Shown: positions 1 to 11,074 of the stretch, piece by piece
How the letters are laid out: each line of letters begins with the position of its first letter
Position numbering within the stretch: position 1 is the first letter of the stretch
IMG/VR virus record: IMGVR_UViG_3300028549_000365
Coordinates: 158,082-222,081 of that record
From: a virus
Lineage: Duplodnaviria; Caudoviricetes
Direction: 5' to 3' (one strand)
DNA: 64,000 bases
The notes under the pieces: model-generated
Told to the model about the DNA's origin: nothing
Seen by the model: the letters and a program-made list of their open reading frames with translations, nothing else
Databases searched by the model: none
Made by a program: the position numbers and the translations under genes

Positions 1-349
1 TTGAGTCTAACCCAACTCTAGGATCTAACATACATCTAACATATCTATGTACGCTATCTTTGTCTGTAGAAAGTAATGAATAAAATCTTCTTACGTTAGC
101 TAAATTAGATGTAGAAAAGTTAAGTTGTGGTCTAGTAAAGAATACATATCCTTTACTATCTCTATTCTCAGGAACAACACTCTTCACACCAGTATGGTTA
201 AGTCCATATAATGTATTTGAAGTAGCTTGGTCTATACTTCCTATAGGTTGAGTCATAGCTATGAATTCATCTAGCTCTATTTTTTTATCATTATCAAGCA
301 TTTTATTTATATCTATATTGTATAAATCAATATTAGGTTCATTAGTCAT
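1..349 (-). CDS. Conserved phiKZ-like virion structural protein (gp88-like), partial; runs off the window start
   Basis: Hand translation from ATG at 349 (AGGAG RBS at 360-356): MTNEPNID...KGYVFFTRPQLNFSTSNL...VRCMLDP, open to position 1. The FFTRPQLN and RCxLDP motifs are recalled from phiKZ-like virion proteins. Divergent from the head genes. Not in the ORF track. Confidence 0.65.
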   Translation of the reverse strand, partial: MTNEPNIDLYNIDINKMLDNDKKIELDEFIAMTQPIGSIDQATSNTLYGLNHTGVKSVVPENRDSKGYVFFTRPQLNFSTSNLANVRRFYSLLSTDKDSVHRYVRCMLDPRVGLDS

Positions 350-435
350 TAGTAACTCCTTATCTCATTGAAGTGAACACCTATAATATTCATTGACATA
401 TTAAATATAATGATAATAAATAAAAGGGGACAAAG

Positions 436-1755
436 ATGGCAGGTATAATCGGTGCGTTAGGTACACTAACAGAAATATTTTCACAGACTGATGAGGGGTT
501 AAGCGGTAAATCATTATTAAAAGCTTTAAGATCTAAAGAGGTAGCTTTACTTAGAGCTGATGGGTCTATGCTTAAATTAATAGGTAATTATATAGTAGAA
601 CCTGTGATCGTTGTAAGTAACGAATTAAGAAATGATGATGTTATAGATAACGTGTTGGGTATACATACAGATATATTCACTGGGTTTTATATGCAAGTAT
701 TCGATATTATAAGAGCGCATTTTGGAATTAAAGATAATAACGCCATAGATTTATTAGCTACTGACAATGGTGGGTTAGAAAGACTTATTCTGGCTGGTGC
801 TGATTTAGCTGTAGCTGACAGAGACCATGTTGGTGATTTGTTCAAAGGTAAAATGTCTATTAGTATAAGCACTGAATCTGGGTTATCTTTTAATGAACAA
901 GCTGCGTTAGAAAAACTTAAGAATACTAACCAAAAGACTTTAGAAGAAGATAAACATAATAACCAATTGAAACGAGATGAACTTAATAGACAAGCTAAAT
1001 TAGACGAATTAGCTAAAAAAGAAGCTATTAGACTAGGTCAGTATAAAGATAAGAATCAAGTAGCATCGTCTGTTAGTGCATCTGTTAAAGATTTAAATAT
1101 ACCTAACGCTATACAAAGAACTATACAAGTTACTATAACTAGACCTATGGAAACTAAAGATGGTCAACCGACTGGTGCCGCTTTAACTGTTGTTATTCCT
1201 ATTAATATTAAAGCACACGTTATTTTTACAGATATAAGTAATATTATTAATGTAATGCAACCTAATAGTGACGATAAAGGTATGTTTAATAGAATAGATG
1301 AATACAGAGCAGGTGCTATTTCGCTAACAGATTTATTATTCGCTGGTGATATTATTAACGAGTACAAACAAAATAAACTTAAAGATAAAGATCAGTTATT
1401 ACAAATAATTCAGAATAGAGTATTATCTGCTAACTCTAAAGTTATTAACGGAGGAGTAGGTTTTGAGAAGTATTACAATATGTATATTATTTCAGCACAA
1501 GATCTTATAAGAGTTGAGAAACATCTTAACGGTAAAGTTGCTGAAGCTAAATTTAGACAAAAGTTTCTAGAGCAAGCGTATGGTTTATCATTAACGGTTA
1601 TGGATCAAGATCATGAGATAATTAAACTTATGTTAAAAGATCTTGGTGGAGTTTCTACACTTACGTATAAAGCAGCGGTTAAGTCTGATAAAAAAGGCAA
1701 TGATATGGGTGAGATAGTTAAATCTCTAATTAACAATAAACCTATGGTATTTTAA
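436..1755 (+). CDS. phiKZ-like head structural protein (gp89-like)
   Basis: 439 aa with VEPVIVV and DIFTGFYMQV motifs; first gene of the head-protein block by synteny. Confidence 0.6.
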   Translation: MAGIIGALGTLTEIFSQTDEGLSGKSLLKALRSKEVALLRADGSMLKLIGNYIVEPVIVVSNELRNDDVIDNVLGIHTDIFTGFYMQVFDIIRAHFGIKDNNAIDLLATDNGGLERLILAGADLAVADRDHVGDLFKGKMSISISTESGLSFNEQAALEKLKNTNQKTLEEDKHNNQLKRDELNRQAKLDELAKKEAIRLGQYKDKNQVASSVSASVKDLNIPNAIQRTIQVTITRPMETKDGQPTGAALTVVIPINIKAHVIFTDISNIINVMQPNSDDKGMFNRIDEYRAGAISLTDLLFAGDIINEYKQNKLKDKDQLLQIIQNRVLSANSKVINGGVGFEKYYNMYIISAQDLIRVEKHLNGKVAEAKFRQKFLEQAYGLSLTVMDQDHEIIKLMLKDLGGVSTLTYKAAVKSDKKGNDMGEIVKSLINNKPMVF

Positions 1756-1764
1756 AGGATAACT

Positions 1765-2637
1765 ATGATAAGAGGATTAATAAACTATGTTATGAGTATT
1801 AACCACGTAACTAGAAAAGAACAGATAGTTAAAAACACGGATATTATTTTCCGTGTAATAGCTGAAGATACAATACCTACTTTAGATAAACTAATTGATG
1901 GTGATGTAGATAATATTGTAAACGGAAACACATTATTGAGTAATAGTATTACAATGTCGAATATTAAAGTAAAGAATAACATAGAGTTCTTTGTTAAGCT
2001 TAGGGTGTTTTTCAAAACAGTATTATCTGAAGAGAAAAAAATCTTAAAACTCATCGAAGATGAGATAAATGAATTTGTAACAGATAAAAGCGGTAATAGT
2101 AAAGAGATTTCTATTATGAAGTTTGTTTCAGATTTAGGGTCTGCAAGTTTATATACTATTGACTTAGTATACTTTGTGTTGGTTGGTGATGGTGATACTG
2201 ATTTTTCTAAAATGAAGATGAATAACATTAGAACTAACCTACCTGATTTAATATCTGTATTGGATATATATACTGGTGAACTAGAAAACATTATTAAAAC
2301 TATTCCTAGAGTAGCTTCTATAACTGTTGTACAAAAAGATGTTTCAGACAACATGCTTGATAAGTTATTAGGTAACAGCGGTAAGATGTTAAAACTTGCT
2401 AACACTAGTGGTTTTATAAATAACCCTATATACCATATAAGAATGTGGTTTGTTGATAATGAGATTGAAAAATATGAATCTTTGAAAGATAAGAAGAAAA
2501 TGATAGAACTTAAACTACTTGATCTTAAACTTACTGAACAAAATGAAAGTAGTTCTAAGATTAAAGATCAGATTAAGTACTATGAAGAGAAACTTTCTGT
2601 TATAGAGTACGATATCGCTCAAATAGAGAAAGACTAA
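1765..2637 (+). CDS. phiKZ-like head structural protein (gp90-like)
   Basis: 290 aa; NPIYHIRM motif followed by a C-terminal coiled coil; synteny. Confidence 0.6.
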   Translation: MIRGLINYVMSINHVTRKEQIVKNTDIIFRVIAEDTIPTLDKLIDGDVDNIVNGNTLLSNSITMSNIKVKNNIEFFVKLRVFFKTVLSEEKKILKLIEDEINEFVTDKSGNSKEISIMKFVSDLGSASLYTIDLVYFVLVGDGDTDFSKMKMNNIRTNLPDLISVLDIYTGELENIIKTIPRVASITVVQKDVSDNMLDKLLGNSGKMLKLANTSGFINNPIYHIRMWFVDNEIEKYESLKDKKKMIELKLLDLKLTEQNESSSKIKDQIKYYEEKLSVIEYDIAQIEKD

Positions 2638-2792
2638 TCTAATACGGGTAGTATGCATGGTGCCCTGGAGACTAAAGCTGTAAAGCACATCTAAAGATAC
2701 GTATGTGTTTATAAACATATATATGGTATTAAGTACACCATAGATATCGAAGTACTTAAACAAAAAAAATCAATTGAAAAAAAGGACAAATT

Positions 2793-4115
2793 ATGGCAAG
2801 AGATTTCGGAATATTCGGAAGTTTATCAAGAGAAGAAGAAGGGGATGTTGTACCAGGTGTTGAAGCTGGTGATATTACAGAAGAGATTGTTACTGATGAA
2901 GCAGTTGCTGAAGTTAGTGAATTAGAAACAGAAATCGCTACAGATTCTGACGCTATGGCACAAGCTGATGTTGCATCTATTGAGTTAGAAACTCAAATTA
3001 CTACAGCTGAAGAAATTCTAGCTAACCCTGAAACAGTTACTCCAGAAGTAGTTGAAATTGCTGCTGAATCATTAAGAGTTACAGCTAGACTATTAGGTGG
3101 GTCTATTGATTCAAGATATGTTGTGTCTAGAGAAAGTATTAAAGCTAGTCCTGTGGTATCACTTGAAGTATCTGTTGAAGGCGCAAAAGATTTCTTAAGA
3201 AAACTTATTGAATCTATCAAAGCTATTTTCAGAAAAATTATGAACGCTGGTAAAAAACTATTCGTTAAACTTGTAGTTGTAATGGATGGAACTGCTAAAA
3301 AAGCTAAAAAATTAGAAAAAGTAGTTGGAAAACTACCTTCTGAACCTACTAGTAAATTTGAAACTAAAGAGGCTAAAGCTATTCTTTCTAGACAAGGTGC
3401 TTATCTTGCATTAAATGGTGGTATTGGTGGTTTTAAATATAGTACAAAAATATCTGAATTGATAACTGACGTTACTACTATTAAAGGTGTTGTTGATGGA
3501 GCTATCAACGCAGTTAATAAAATAGCTGATATTAAAGAAGATACAGCTGGTGCTAAAAAGAAAGAGGCTGCTGCTGCACTAGAGGCTGGTACAGCTAAAC
3601 TTAAATTATTAAATGCCGCTACATTAGAAAGTAATTTTGGTTATAACGCACCAGACGGTAAAGAAACTGCTGTTAAACAAGGTGTGTTAAAAGGTAATAC
3701 TTTGAAAATAGTAGAGGTTTATAATACAGAGGACGAAAAATCAGTGCAAAAAATAGCAGTGAAATCTTTAACTGTAAACAAAGATCTATTTGAAGACGCT
3801 AGTATAGAAGTAGCTGGTAAACAAGCGTTAGTATCTATGATAGCTGATATTGTCGCTAGTTCTAAAAATTTATCTAAATACAGCACTGAAGCAATGAAAG
3901 CTATAGACGCAGCTGATAAAGCTTTAGATAAATTAGCTAAAGACTCAAGTGGTAGTTATGTAATTAACAAACTTAAAGCTGGTCCAGCTACAGCTGTTAG
4001 AGATTTAACTGTTGGTTTAATGTTGGACGGAGTACTTGGGTATGTTACTGCTGTTAAAGGACAAATGTCTACAGTAAATGATTGTGTTAGAAAGTATAAC
4101 ACTAATCAAATGTAA
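2793..4115 (+). CDS. Inner head/inner body protein (phiKZ gp93/gp162 family), likely protease-processed
   Basis: Acidic N-terminal propeptide; S-x-E sites (SRE, SLE, SVE) directly before the amphipathic GAKDFLRKLIESIKAIFRKI helix; Ala/Lys-rich body; followed by a strong terminator. Confidence 0.7.
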   Translation: MARDFGIFGSLSREEEGDVVPGVEAGDITEEIVTDEAVAEVSELETEIATDSDAMAQADVASIELETQITTAEEILANPETVTPEVVEIAAESLRVTARLLGGSIDSRYVVSRESIKASPVVSLEVSVEGAKDFLRKLIESIKAIFRKIMNAGKKLFVKLVVVMDGTAKKAKKLEKVVGKLPSEPTSKFETKEAKAILSRQGAYLALNGGIGGFKYSTKISELITDVTTIKGVVDGAINAVNKIADIKEDTAGAKKKEAAAALEAGTAKLKLLNAATLESNFGYNAPDGKETAVKQGVLKGNTLKIVEVYNTEDEKSVQKIAVKSLTVNKDLFEDASIEVAGKQALVSMIADIVASSKNLSKYSTEAMKAIDAADKALDKLAKDSSGSYVINKLKAGPATAVRDLTVGLMLDGVLGYVTAVKGQMSTVNDCVRKYNTNQM

Positions 4116-4137
4116 TCTTCGTATTTATACGATATTC

Positions 4138-4170
4138 AAAAAGGATAGAACTTCGGTTCTATCCTTTTTT
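4138..4170 (+). terminator. Intrinsic terminator with C(UUCG)G loop
   Basis: aaggatagaac-ttcg-gttctatcctt followed by a T-run, after the inner head gene. Confidence 0.85.
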
Positions 4171-4216
4171 CTTCTTTAACCGGCTTTTCTATGATATTAA
4201 AAATAAAGGACTTATT

Positions 4217-4690
4217 ATGTTAGATAAACAAGTAATTAAAGCAGTAAAAGGTACTGATGCATTTTACCAAATAGATAAATGCGTGACTATGTATGAAGAG
4301 GGTTTACACGAAACAAAACCTACAGCATACATATTAGAACTAGCTGGAGCTTATATTAGAGAGTTCGGAAGCACAGGAGTTATAGAACATTTAAAATACC
4401 ATATAACTAAACCATCTTTTAAAACAACTCCATTAGGTGTAATGGTTATGCAGGATATAGTAAACGTAATTACTAAAAAAGAGATTTGTTACTTTGAGAA
4501 ATATTTTATAGATTTAAAAATTCCAGCTAAACGACATACTTCTATAAAATTAAATTATCCAGAAACATATTCTATTAGTTGTTCTACTACTGATGCTCTA
4601 TTAGATATTCTAGAGGTAGGCGGTGCTGAGTTAGCAATAGGTTTAATAGCTGCTTACTGTATGCATGTCGAGAAAAATGATTCATATTAG
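4217..4690 (+). CDS. Hypothetical protein
   Basis: 157 aa ORF with AAGGA RBS. Confidence 0.7.
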   Translation: MLDKQVIKAVKGTDAFYQIDKCVTMYEEGLHETKPTAYILELAGAYIREFGSTGVIEHLKYHITKPSFKTTPLGVMVMQDIVNVITKKEICYFEKYFIDLKIPAKRHTSIKLNYPETYSISCSTTDALLDILEVGGAELAIGLIAAYCMHVEKNDSY

Positions 4691-4698
4691 GAGTTACT

Positions 4699-6597
4699 AT
4701 GTATAAAACTAAATTAGAACTACAAGGTATAGATAGCACTATATCTAGACCAGTTCTTATTAATATACTAGGTGATATTAAAAATTTAATAGGTGTAGAC
4801 AAAGATATTAAATATTATCTAGATGGACAAGAGACTGTAGATAGAACAGTTAATAAGTTAGGAAAAGTAGTTGATAATAGTTCACCGAGAAATGAATTTA
4901 TGCAAGTTGAGACGTCTGAAGATTCTACAGACGGATCAGACGTTTCTTTATTAACTTCTAATCCTGATAATTATCCTATTTATAATGATAAAGAGATAAG
5001 AGCTATGTTTACACCTATAACTCACGACAGAACAACAACATTAACTATTAGGTATTTCAATAAGTCTAAAAGTAAAGTTAATTCTATAGCTAATAGGTTG
5101 AAACTAATGACAGCTAGAGAAGATATGTATAAGATACATAATATAGAATATTACTACACTATACATAATTACTTGTTGAGAATGTTATCACATTTTAACG
5201 ATATTAAGAACGCTAGGTTAGGTACTAAATTCACACTAGATGAATACATAGCTACTACGTTTGATAATAGAGTTGATTATGGTAATAACGCAGCAGGTGA
5301 GATAGATAAAACATCTATAGTTATTAGAGAAGCTCAGATGGGTGTAATTGGATATTTAGCTAATGACTTACATAACATAAAAGCACTTTATGATGTTACT
5401 AAGACAGCGTGGTATTTAGAACTAGAGTACAAATTTAGTTATAATAAACCAATATCTTTATTGTTAGATTACTCACCAGTTATATTCAACACTGAGATAT
5501 CTAAAGAGTTTAGAGTTAAACAACCTGAAGAGACTATGTCGCCTATAAATGGACTACGTACAAAAGGTGTATTAGGTATGTATGGTGTTACAGAAAAGAA
5601 CTATTTGATACCTACGGATGGTAAGGGTTATATCACATATCCAATTAACGATAAGACTCCTTTACCTAAGCCAGCACCATTTACAGTTAGGGTAAACTCA
5701 GTTATGTTAATACTTAATAAAGATGACCTAACAGAATTATTCAATCTTAGTGATATACCAAAAGTAAAGTTCTTAGATACATTCACAGAGTTCTTGAAGT
5801 TAGAGTTATTACACATAGGAACTTTACATAAAAGTTTAGTTTATTTAGATATCTATAATGGAACAACTAAAGTTTATAATAATAAAGTAATAGCAGCAAT
5901 CCTACCTAACGGAGATATATCTTTTAAAACAGAAAAACCGTTAGACATAACACGCGAATATAGAGTGTGTTTCAATATGTTAGCTGATTTAAATATATTA
6001 GCTGTAGACGATAGAAAAAGAATAGAAGCTAATATAGAGACTGTAAATAGCACACTACCTACGTCGTTACCAATTACTATATCTTATTTAAACTTCTTCA
6101 AAACTACTATAGGCGAGATAGCTACTAATGTGTCTGAAGTATCAACTATTGATGTAAATACTATTACATCAGACACACTTTTAAAGATATATAAAGACGG
6201 TGCTGTAAAAACAGTTAGTAACACTATTAAACAATTTATTATTAACGAAGACAGTTCAATAACATTACCAGATGGAACTATATTATTAGATGGGACTTAT
6301 GAACTGTTACCAGATGACTCATTGTTATACAACGGCGCAACTTATAAGTTAACTTTAGTTACAGAGGAAGTGTCTAATGGCGGTATTATATATTACATTA
6401 AAAAGACGATTTTAACTGTAATTAATGTTGATTCCACTAGTAGTCAGACATCTACATATTTATCTATAAGCTATAAATCATTTAACGAAGAATTATCATT
6501 TAAAGATTTTGTTAAATATACTAGTGATAACTTATGGGAAAAATATTATACAGTGCAAACATACGCTACTATAGCTAGTGTTATGGAACATAAATAG
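4699..6597 (+). CDS. Virion structural protein (phiKZ gp98-like)
   Basis: 632 aa; N-terminal ISRPVL..I motif; position in the head/virion block. Confidence 0.5.
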   Translation: MYKTKLELQGIDSTISRPVLINILGDIKNLIGVDKDIKYYLDGQETVDRTVNKLGKVVDNSSPRNEFMQVETSEDSTDGSDVSLLTSNPDNYPIYNDKEIRAMFTPITHDRTTTLTIRYFNKSKSKVNSIANRLKLMTAREDMYKIHNIEYYYTIHNYLLRMLSHFNDIKNARLGTKFTLDEYIATTFDNRVDYGNNAAGEIDKTSIVIREAQMGVIGYLANDLHNIKALYDVTKTAWYLELEYKFSYNKPISLLLDYSPVIFNTEISKEFRVKQPEETMSPINGLRTKGVLGMYGVTEKNYLIPTDGKGYITYPINDKTPLPKPAPFTVRVNSVMLILNKDDLTELFNLSDIPKVKFLDTFTEFLKLELLHIGTLHKSLVYLDIYNGTTKVYNNKVIAAILPNGDISFKTEKPLDITREYRVCFNMLADLNILAVDDRKRIEANIETVNSTLPTSLPITISYLNFFKTTIGEIATNVSEVSTIDVNTITSDTLLKIYKDGAVKTVSNTIKQFIINEDSSITLPDGTILLDGTYELLPDDSLLYNGATYKLTLVTEEVSNGGIIYYIKKTILTVINVDSTSSQTSTYLSISYKSFNEELSFKDFVKYTSDNLWEKYYTVQTYATIASVMEHK

Positions 6598-6603
6598 AAA
6601 GGA

Positions 6604-7908
6604 GTGAGTATGCCTATATATATAGAAGAAGATAGTGATGTAAACGTTAATATAGTAACATCGCAAGCAGCTGATGTAGTTACAACTAGACATACATATA
6701 AAACACAACAAGAACTTCAAACTTCTGTCTTGTTTAATAAGGAAGTAGGTCTAGAACATATTACACAGTATGTCACCGGAGGAAAGTGGGAAGTGGATTA
6801 CTTCTTACAAGTTAGAGGTATTAACGATGACCCGAAAATGCCTGACCCTAATGTTGGAAATGAAACATTAAAGTACAATAGAATAAATAAGTTGTTACTT
6901 AACTTACAATCAGAGTTAGTACAAGGTAATGTAGATACAATAACAGGTGAAGCTATAATCAATAGTGGTTTTGTACCTAGTTACGGTGACGCATTTAAAG
7001 CTATTATGACAGGTGGTCAAGAAGCTATATTTGTTATTATGACTGTAGATAAAAATACGTATAATAATCATGATGCTTATTTAGTAACATTTAAATTATT
7101 TAGTTTCTTACACACTGACGCAGTAACTTATAATGACTTAGTTTATAAAACATTAAAAGAATATGTTTATGATAAAGAACATTTATTAGATTATTCAGCA
7201 CCTATAATATTAGCACAAGATTATATTAAGAAAGTAGAACTTAAAAAGCAACCAGCTATACTTATAGATTACTATCTTAAACTTGTTATAAACAGAGAGA
7301 ACTATGTTATAGCATTACCTACACTATCGTCTATATACGTTGACACTCTTTTAAATGGATTCTTTTTTAAGTTAGTAAATATTTCAGATAGTTTAGACTT
7401 AATTAAACTAAACAGATTAGACTTTACACCTAATGAAAAGATAACATATACTGTATGGGATGCAATACTTAATAGAGACGCTAACATGTTGGATATAGTG
7501 GATCAAGATATAGGATTCAAGTTCACTCCTATAGTTAATGCTTCACCTATTATAAGAGAGATAGGGTATTTAGATATTAACTTTGTTGTTAATAAATTAT
7601 TTGGTGCGGATCCATTAATACCTGCTACTATTGAAAACACTTTAGTAAAAGCTCATACTGATCCATTAGGAAAAGATCTTAATAGTTATGTGTTCTCGGA
7701 TTCATTTTATAATAGAGAAAGAGAAACATGTGGGTTGTTAGAAAAGTCGTTACTAACGTATATAGAAGGAGGTAGAGTTTTAGAAGCTGATTTAACAACT
7801 ATGTTGAATGAGTATAAGTATTGGACAATAACAGAACAATACTATTTAATACCTATACTTTTATTATTAGTTAAAGATAGTATTAATTTTACATACACCT
7901 CTTTATAA
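6604..7908 (+). CDS. Virion structural protein (phiKZ gp99-like)
   Basis: 434 aa, GTG start; GGKWEVDYFLQ, FVPSYGDAF, YVFSDSFY and YYLIPILL motifs; synteny. Confidence 0.55.
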   Translation: MSMPIYIEEDSDVNVNIVTSQAADVVTTRHTYKTQQELQTSVLFNKEVGLEHITQYVTGGKWEVDYFLQVRGINDDPKMPDPNVGNETLKYNRINKLLLNLQSELVQGNVDTITGEAIINSGFVPSYGDAFKAIMTGGQEAIFVIMTVDKNTYNNHDAYLVTFKLFSFLHTDAVTYNDLVYKTLKEYVYDKEHLLDYSAPIILAQDYIKKVELKKQPAILIDYYLKLVINRENYVIALPTLSSIYVDTLLNGFFFKLVNISDSLDLIKLNRLDFTPNEKITYTVWDAILNRDANMLDIVDQDIGFKFTPIVNASPIIREIGYLDINFVVNKLFGADPLIPATIENTLVKAHTDPLGKDLNSYVFSDSFYNRERETCGLLEKSLLTYIEGGRVLEADLTTMLNEYKYWTITEQYYLIPILLLLVKDSINFTYTSL

Positions 7909-7917
7909 GGATAAATA

Positions 7918-8550
7918 ATGAATCCTAATAGATATAATGGTTACACCAAGTTACCTACAAAAGTATTTAAAGTAAGAGTACCTATGATGGCTACATACAG
8001 TGATGAAGAAGTAGAGATTCTAGGATATCCAATATTTGAATCGTCAGAAGGTGATAAGAAACAAGTGTATAAAGATTTTTCTACAGTGTGTATTAATCTA
8101 GACACTATGATAGATCATTACATAGCAGGTTATCCTATTCGTATTGTGGAAAGAGAAGACATAGCTGAGATATTTAATATACTAGAAAAGTATATAGAAG
8201 GTAGAGAGTCTGATGTTAACTATAGCATAAATAAAATACATATAGGTAAAGATGATAGAATAGATCAGATAGATAAGTTTGCTAATGAGATGTTCGGTCT
8301 TAATAAAGTTAACATAGTTAAGAAGTCTGTTAACGCTAGTAATGGATTCAATTTAGGTCTAATGCCAATGGCTCCTATTGTTGATGTTAAGGAAATAGGT
8401 ATAATGTCAGGTTATCAAAATAACCCAAGTTCTACATACCAGAATAGAAGTTACTTAGTGGATAACACACCACAAGTTAACATGGATAAAATAGTGAGAA
8501 CGTCTCCACTTAAAAATAGACGACCAATAAGATTAGACGGCGGAGAATAG
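7918..8550 (+). CDS. Conserved hypothetical protein (gp100 position)
   Basis: 210 aa ORF with RBS, lying between the gp99-like and gp101-like genes. Confidence 0.5.
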   Translation: MNPNRYNGYTKLPTKVFKVRVPMMATYSDEEVEILGYPIFESSEGDKKQVYKDFSTVCINLDTMIDHYIAGYPIRIVEREDIAEIFNILEKYIEGRESDVNYSINKIHIGKDDRIDQIDKFANEMFGLNKVNIVKKSVNASNGFNLGLMPMAPIVDVKEIGIMSGYQNNPSSTYQNRSYLVDNTPQVNMDKIVRTSPLKNRRPIRLDGGE

Positions 8551-8551
8551 T

Positions 8552-8584
8552 AGTAGTAGGAATATTCCTACTACTTCTTTTTTC
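8552..8584 (+). terminator. Intrinsic terminator (24-nt perfect palindrome plus T-run)
   Basis: agtagtaggaat|attcctactact then tctttttt. Confidence 0.75.
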
Positions 8585-8612
8585 TTGATTAATATTAAAA
8601 GAAGGAAAGAAT

Positions 8613-9692
8613 ATGAAGCTAATAAGCTATAAACAAAATGAATATTTCATGTCTATAAGAACAAAACTTATAGCGTTAAGATATCTACATGAATGTCTGT
8701 TAAATTACGACGAGAGACCAGGCGAGATATTGGAATCGTTGTCTATTAGACAAGATATAGATAAAGATAAATTTTCAGCTATAGTTCTCGGTTTAAAAGG
8801 TATAAACACTAAAGATAAAACTATTTCACTAGGGTTAAAATATCTTAAAGAAGAACTTATCTCTGTTATTGACAAAATAATAGCCGACTATAAATTAGTA
8901 GTTGAGAACGATCAAACATTAGTTGTTAAAGACAATGTTAAGAATGTGCTTTCAGAGATTATGTCTAAAGATATATTATCAGGTAACATAGAAGGTATAT
9001 ACTCATCACTACCAGCTACTGAGTTTGCTAACAATACATTCATAATGTTATTAGAGCCTATTATAGGAAAAGGTGTTAACCAAAGTATGTGGGTTGATTG
9101 TTTATCTAAAACTCTAGATAACGATATTTTAGGTTATAATACTAATATACCGTATAACGATAGACAGTTAACTAGTTTTATACAAACTAAACTTACTCAT
9201 ATAGATAACAATAAAGGTAATAGTATTTATGTTACCGAAAGTGTAATGATGAATAAACCTAACATGTCTATAACTGACACTAATCTTAGTGATGATATAA
9301 AAGCGTATATCACAGTAACTGATGGTGAAGAAAGTGTATTAGATAAAAAGGTTATGGAAGTTTGTAATAAACTATTTAACATAGAAGATAAATTAACCTC
9401 TATAATAGACGCTGTGCCTGAGTTAGACTTTATATTAGTTACTAATATACTAGGTATGATTAGAACAGTTGTTTCAGAATATGGTGATGGTGTTATTACT
9501 AAGTCAGTTTATAATAAACTAATGGTAGAATATATTAACACATACATAGACCTTTCTAATGCATATGTTAATGTTAACAACTTAGTTATTAACGAATGTA
9601 TTAAAATAAACAGAAGTGTTAAGCTAGCGTACATGGCAAAAGCTATGTTTGAGAATATGCTTATCGAAGGTAGTATATCGTATAAAGGATAA
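8613..9692 (+). CDS. Hypothetical protein
   Basis: 359 aa helical ORF with AAGGA RBS. Confidence 0.7.
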   Translation: MKLISYKQNEYFMSIRTKLIALRYLHECLLNYDERPGEILESLSIRQDIDKDKFSAIVLGLKGINTKDKTISLGLKYLKEELISVIDKIIADYKLVVENDQTLVVKDNVKNVLSEIMSKDILSGNIEGIYSSLPATEFANNTFIMLLEPIIGKGVNQSMWVDCLSKTLDNDILGYNTNIPYNDRQLTSFIQTKLTHIDNNKGNSIYVTESVMMNKPNMSITDTNLSDDIKAYITVTDGEESVLDKKVMEVCNKLFNIEDKLTSIIDAVPELDFILVTNILGMIRTVVSEYGDGVITKSVYNKLMVEYINTYIDLSNAYVNVNNLVINECIKINRSVKLAYMAKAMFENMLIEGSISYKG

Positions 9693-9694
9693 CA

Positions 9695-11074
9695 ATGACT
9701 CATACACCAATAACAGACGGTTTGTTAGAAAAAGATATTCTAGATGTGATAAATGCTAAGTTCATGAAACCAGACGCCATTACATACGAGTGTTATATAC
9801 ACACAGAGAAACTTGATTTTAGAATAGATCTTCTTATATCAGTTGAAGTTCTTAGGGACTACGTTAATAACGTAGCTGACTTTATAATAGTTAACTTCTT
9901 ATTTCCTATGGGTGATTATGTACTAGATATTATCCCGTTTAGTGATAATCTAGAGATGACTATAAAGTTTATTTATTACGGTAAGAAAGTATCTAATAGA
10001 TATAAGTTAGTATTGCTTAACTTCACAGGTGGTGTTGCTAATAGTAAATATGACGGTATGTCAAGAGAAGCTATGAATGATATAGAGAAAGCTAATGTTG
10101 AAGTACAATGTTTAGATAGAGTTGTGGAGTATTTAAGAACTAGTTATGTAGAAACTATATTAAGCTATGAGACTGTTGAGAACGCTATGAAGTCAGTGTT
10201 TATGGAAGCAATAAGTGAACTATCAGTAGAGGGTCAGCCTATGCCTATAAACATATCAGTTGTACCTACAGATAACCCTAAACAATATAGACACATACAG
10301 ATACCGTTCACTACTAATGTACTAGATGTACCTAGTTTTCTACAAAATAAAGAGTATGGTGTTTATAATACAGATATAGGTACATACTTTCAAACTTATG
10401 GAGTTACTACATATAAACCTATTGATGGTATATTTGTTTATAATCTATTAGATAATAAAAGATATGATACAGATGAAAGAAAGTTAATGATATTATCTTC
10501 TAACACAACTAAGTATGAATTTATGGAAAACACTTTCAAAATAGATGGAACTATAGTAAAGGTAGTTGCTAGTAATGTTAAAAACTTTGATGACGGGGAG
10601 AAAGCTGTTATTGATAGTGGTAACTCTATTATATCAATCGATCCAAGTGCTCTTATACAAGGTAATAAACAAACTAAAGACAATAGTGTTGTTACTGACC
10701 CATCGTTACATATGTCCGGGAATAAATCTTATGGCAAGAGAGATGGTGTTAATAAAGCAATTATTTCTGATATGGGTACAAATTCATTTAAAGATAGATC
10801 GGCTATGTTATTTAAACAAAGAAAGTTGTTTCAGTTTGAATGGAGATTCTGTAATCCAGATTTAATATTCCCTGGTATGGCTGTTGGATATTTATATAAA
10901 AGCAAGAAATATGGTATAGTGTGTTTAAAGGGCGTAGTGAGCTCTGTGTACGTTAAATACGATGTAACGACTAAAACTACTACTGCGTTGATAAATGCGT
11001 TTCTAGAGTCTCCTACGAGCTATATATACGAAAAACAAAAGAATGATAATAAAGGACAGAATTATGGGTTTTAA
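9695..11074 (+). CDS. Virion structural/tail protein (phiKZ gp101-like)
   Basis: 459 aa; RDYVNNVAD, PSFLQNKEYGVY..IGTYFQ and NPDLIFPGM motifs; synteny. Confidence 0.55.
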   Translation: MTHTPITDGLLEKDILDVINAKFMKPDAITYECYIHTEKLDFRIDLLISVEVLRDYVNNVADFIIVNFLFPMGDYVLDIIPFSDNLEMTIKFIYYGKKVSNRYKLVLLNFTGGVANSKYDGMSREAMNDIEKANVEVQCLDRVVEYLRTSYVETILSYETVENAMKSVFMEAISELSVEGQPMPINISVVPTDNPKQYRHIQIPFTTNVLDVPSFLQNKEYGVYNTDIGTYFQTYGVTTYKPIDGIFVYNLLDNKRYDTDERKLMILSSNTTKYEFMENTFKIDGTIVKVVASNVKNFDDGEKAVIDSGNSIISIDPSALIQGNKQTKDNSVVTDPSLHMSGNKSYGKRDGVNKAIISDMGTNSFKDRSAMLFKQRKLFQFEWRFCNPDLIFPGMAVGYLYKSKKYGIVCLKGVVSSVYVKYDVTTKTTTALINAFLESPTSYIYEKQKNDNKGQNYGF

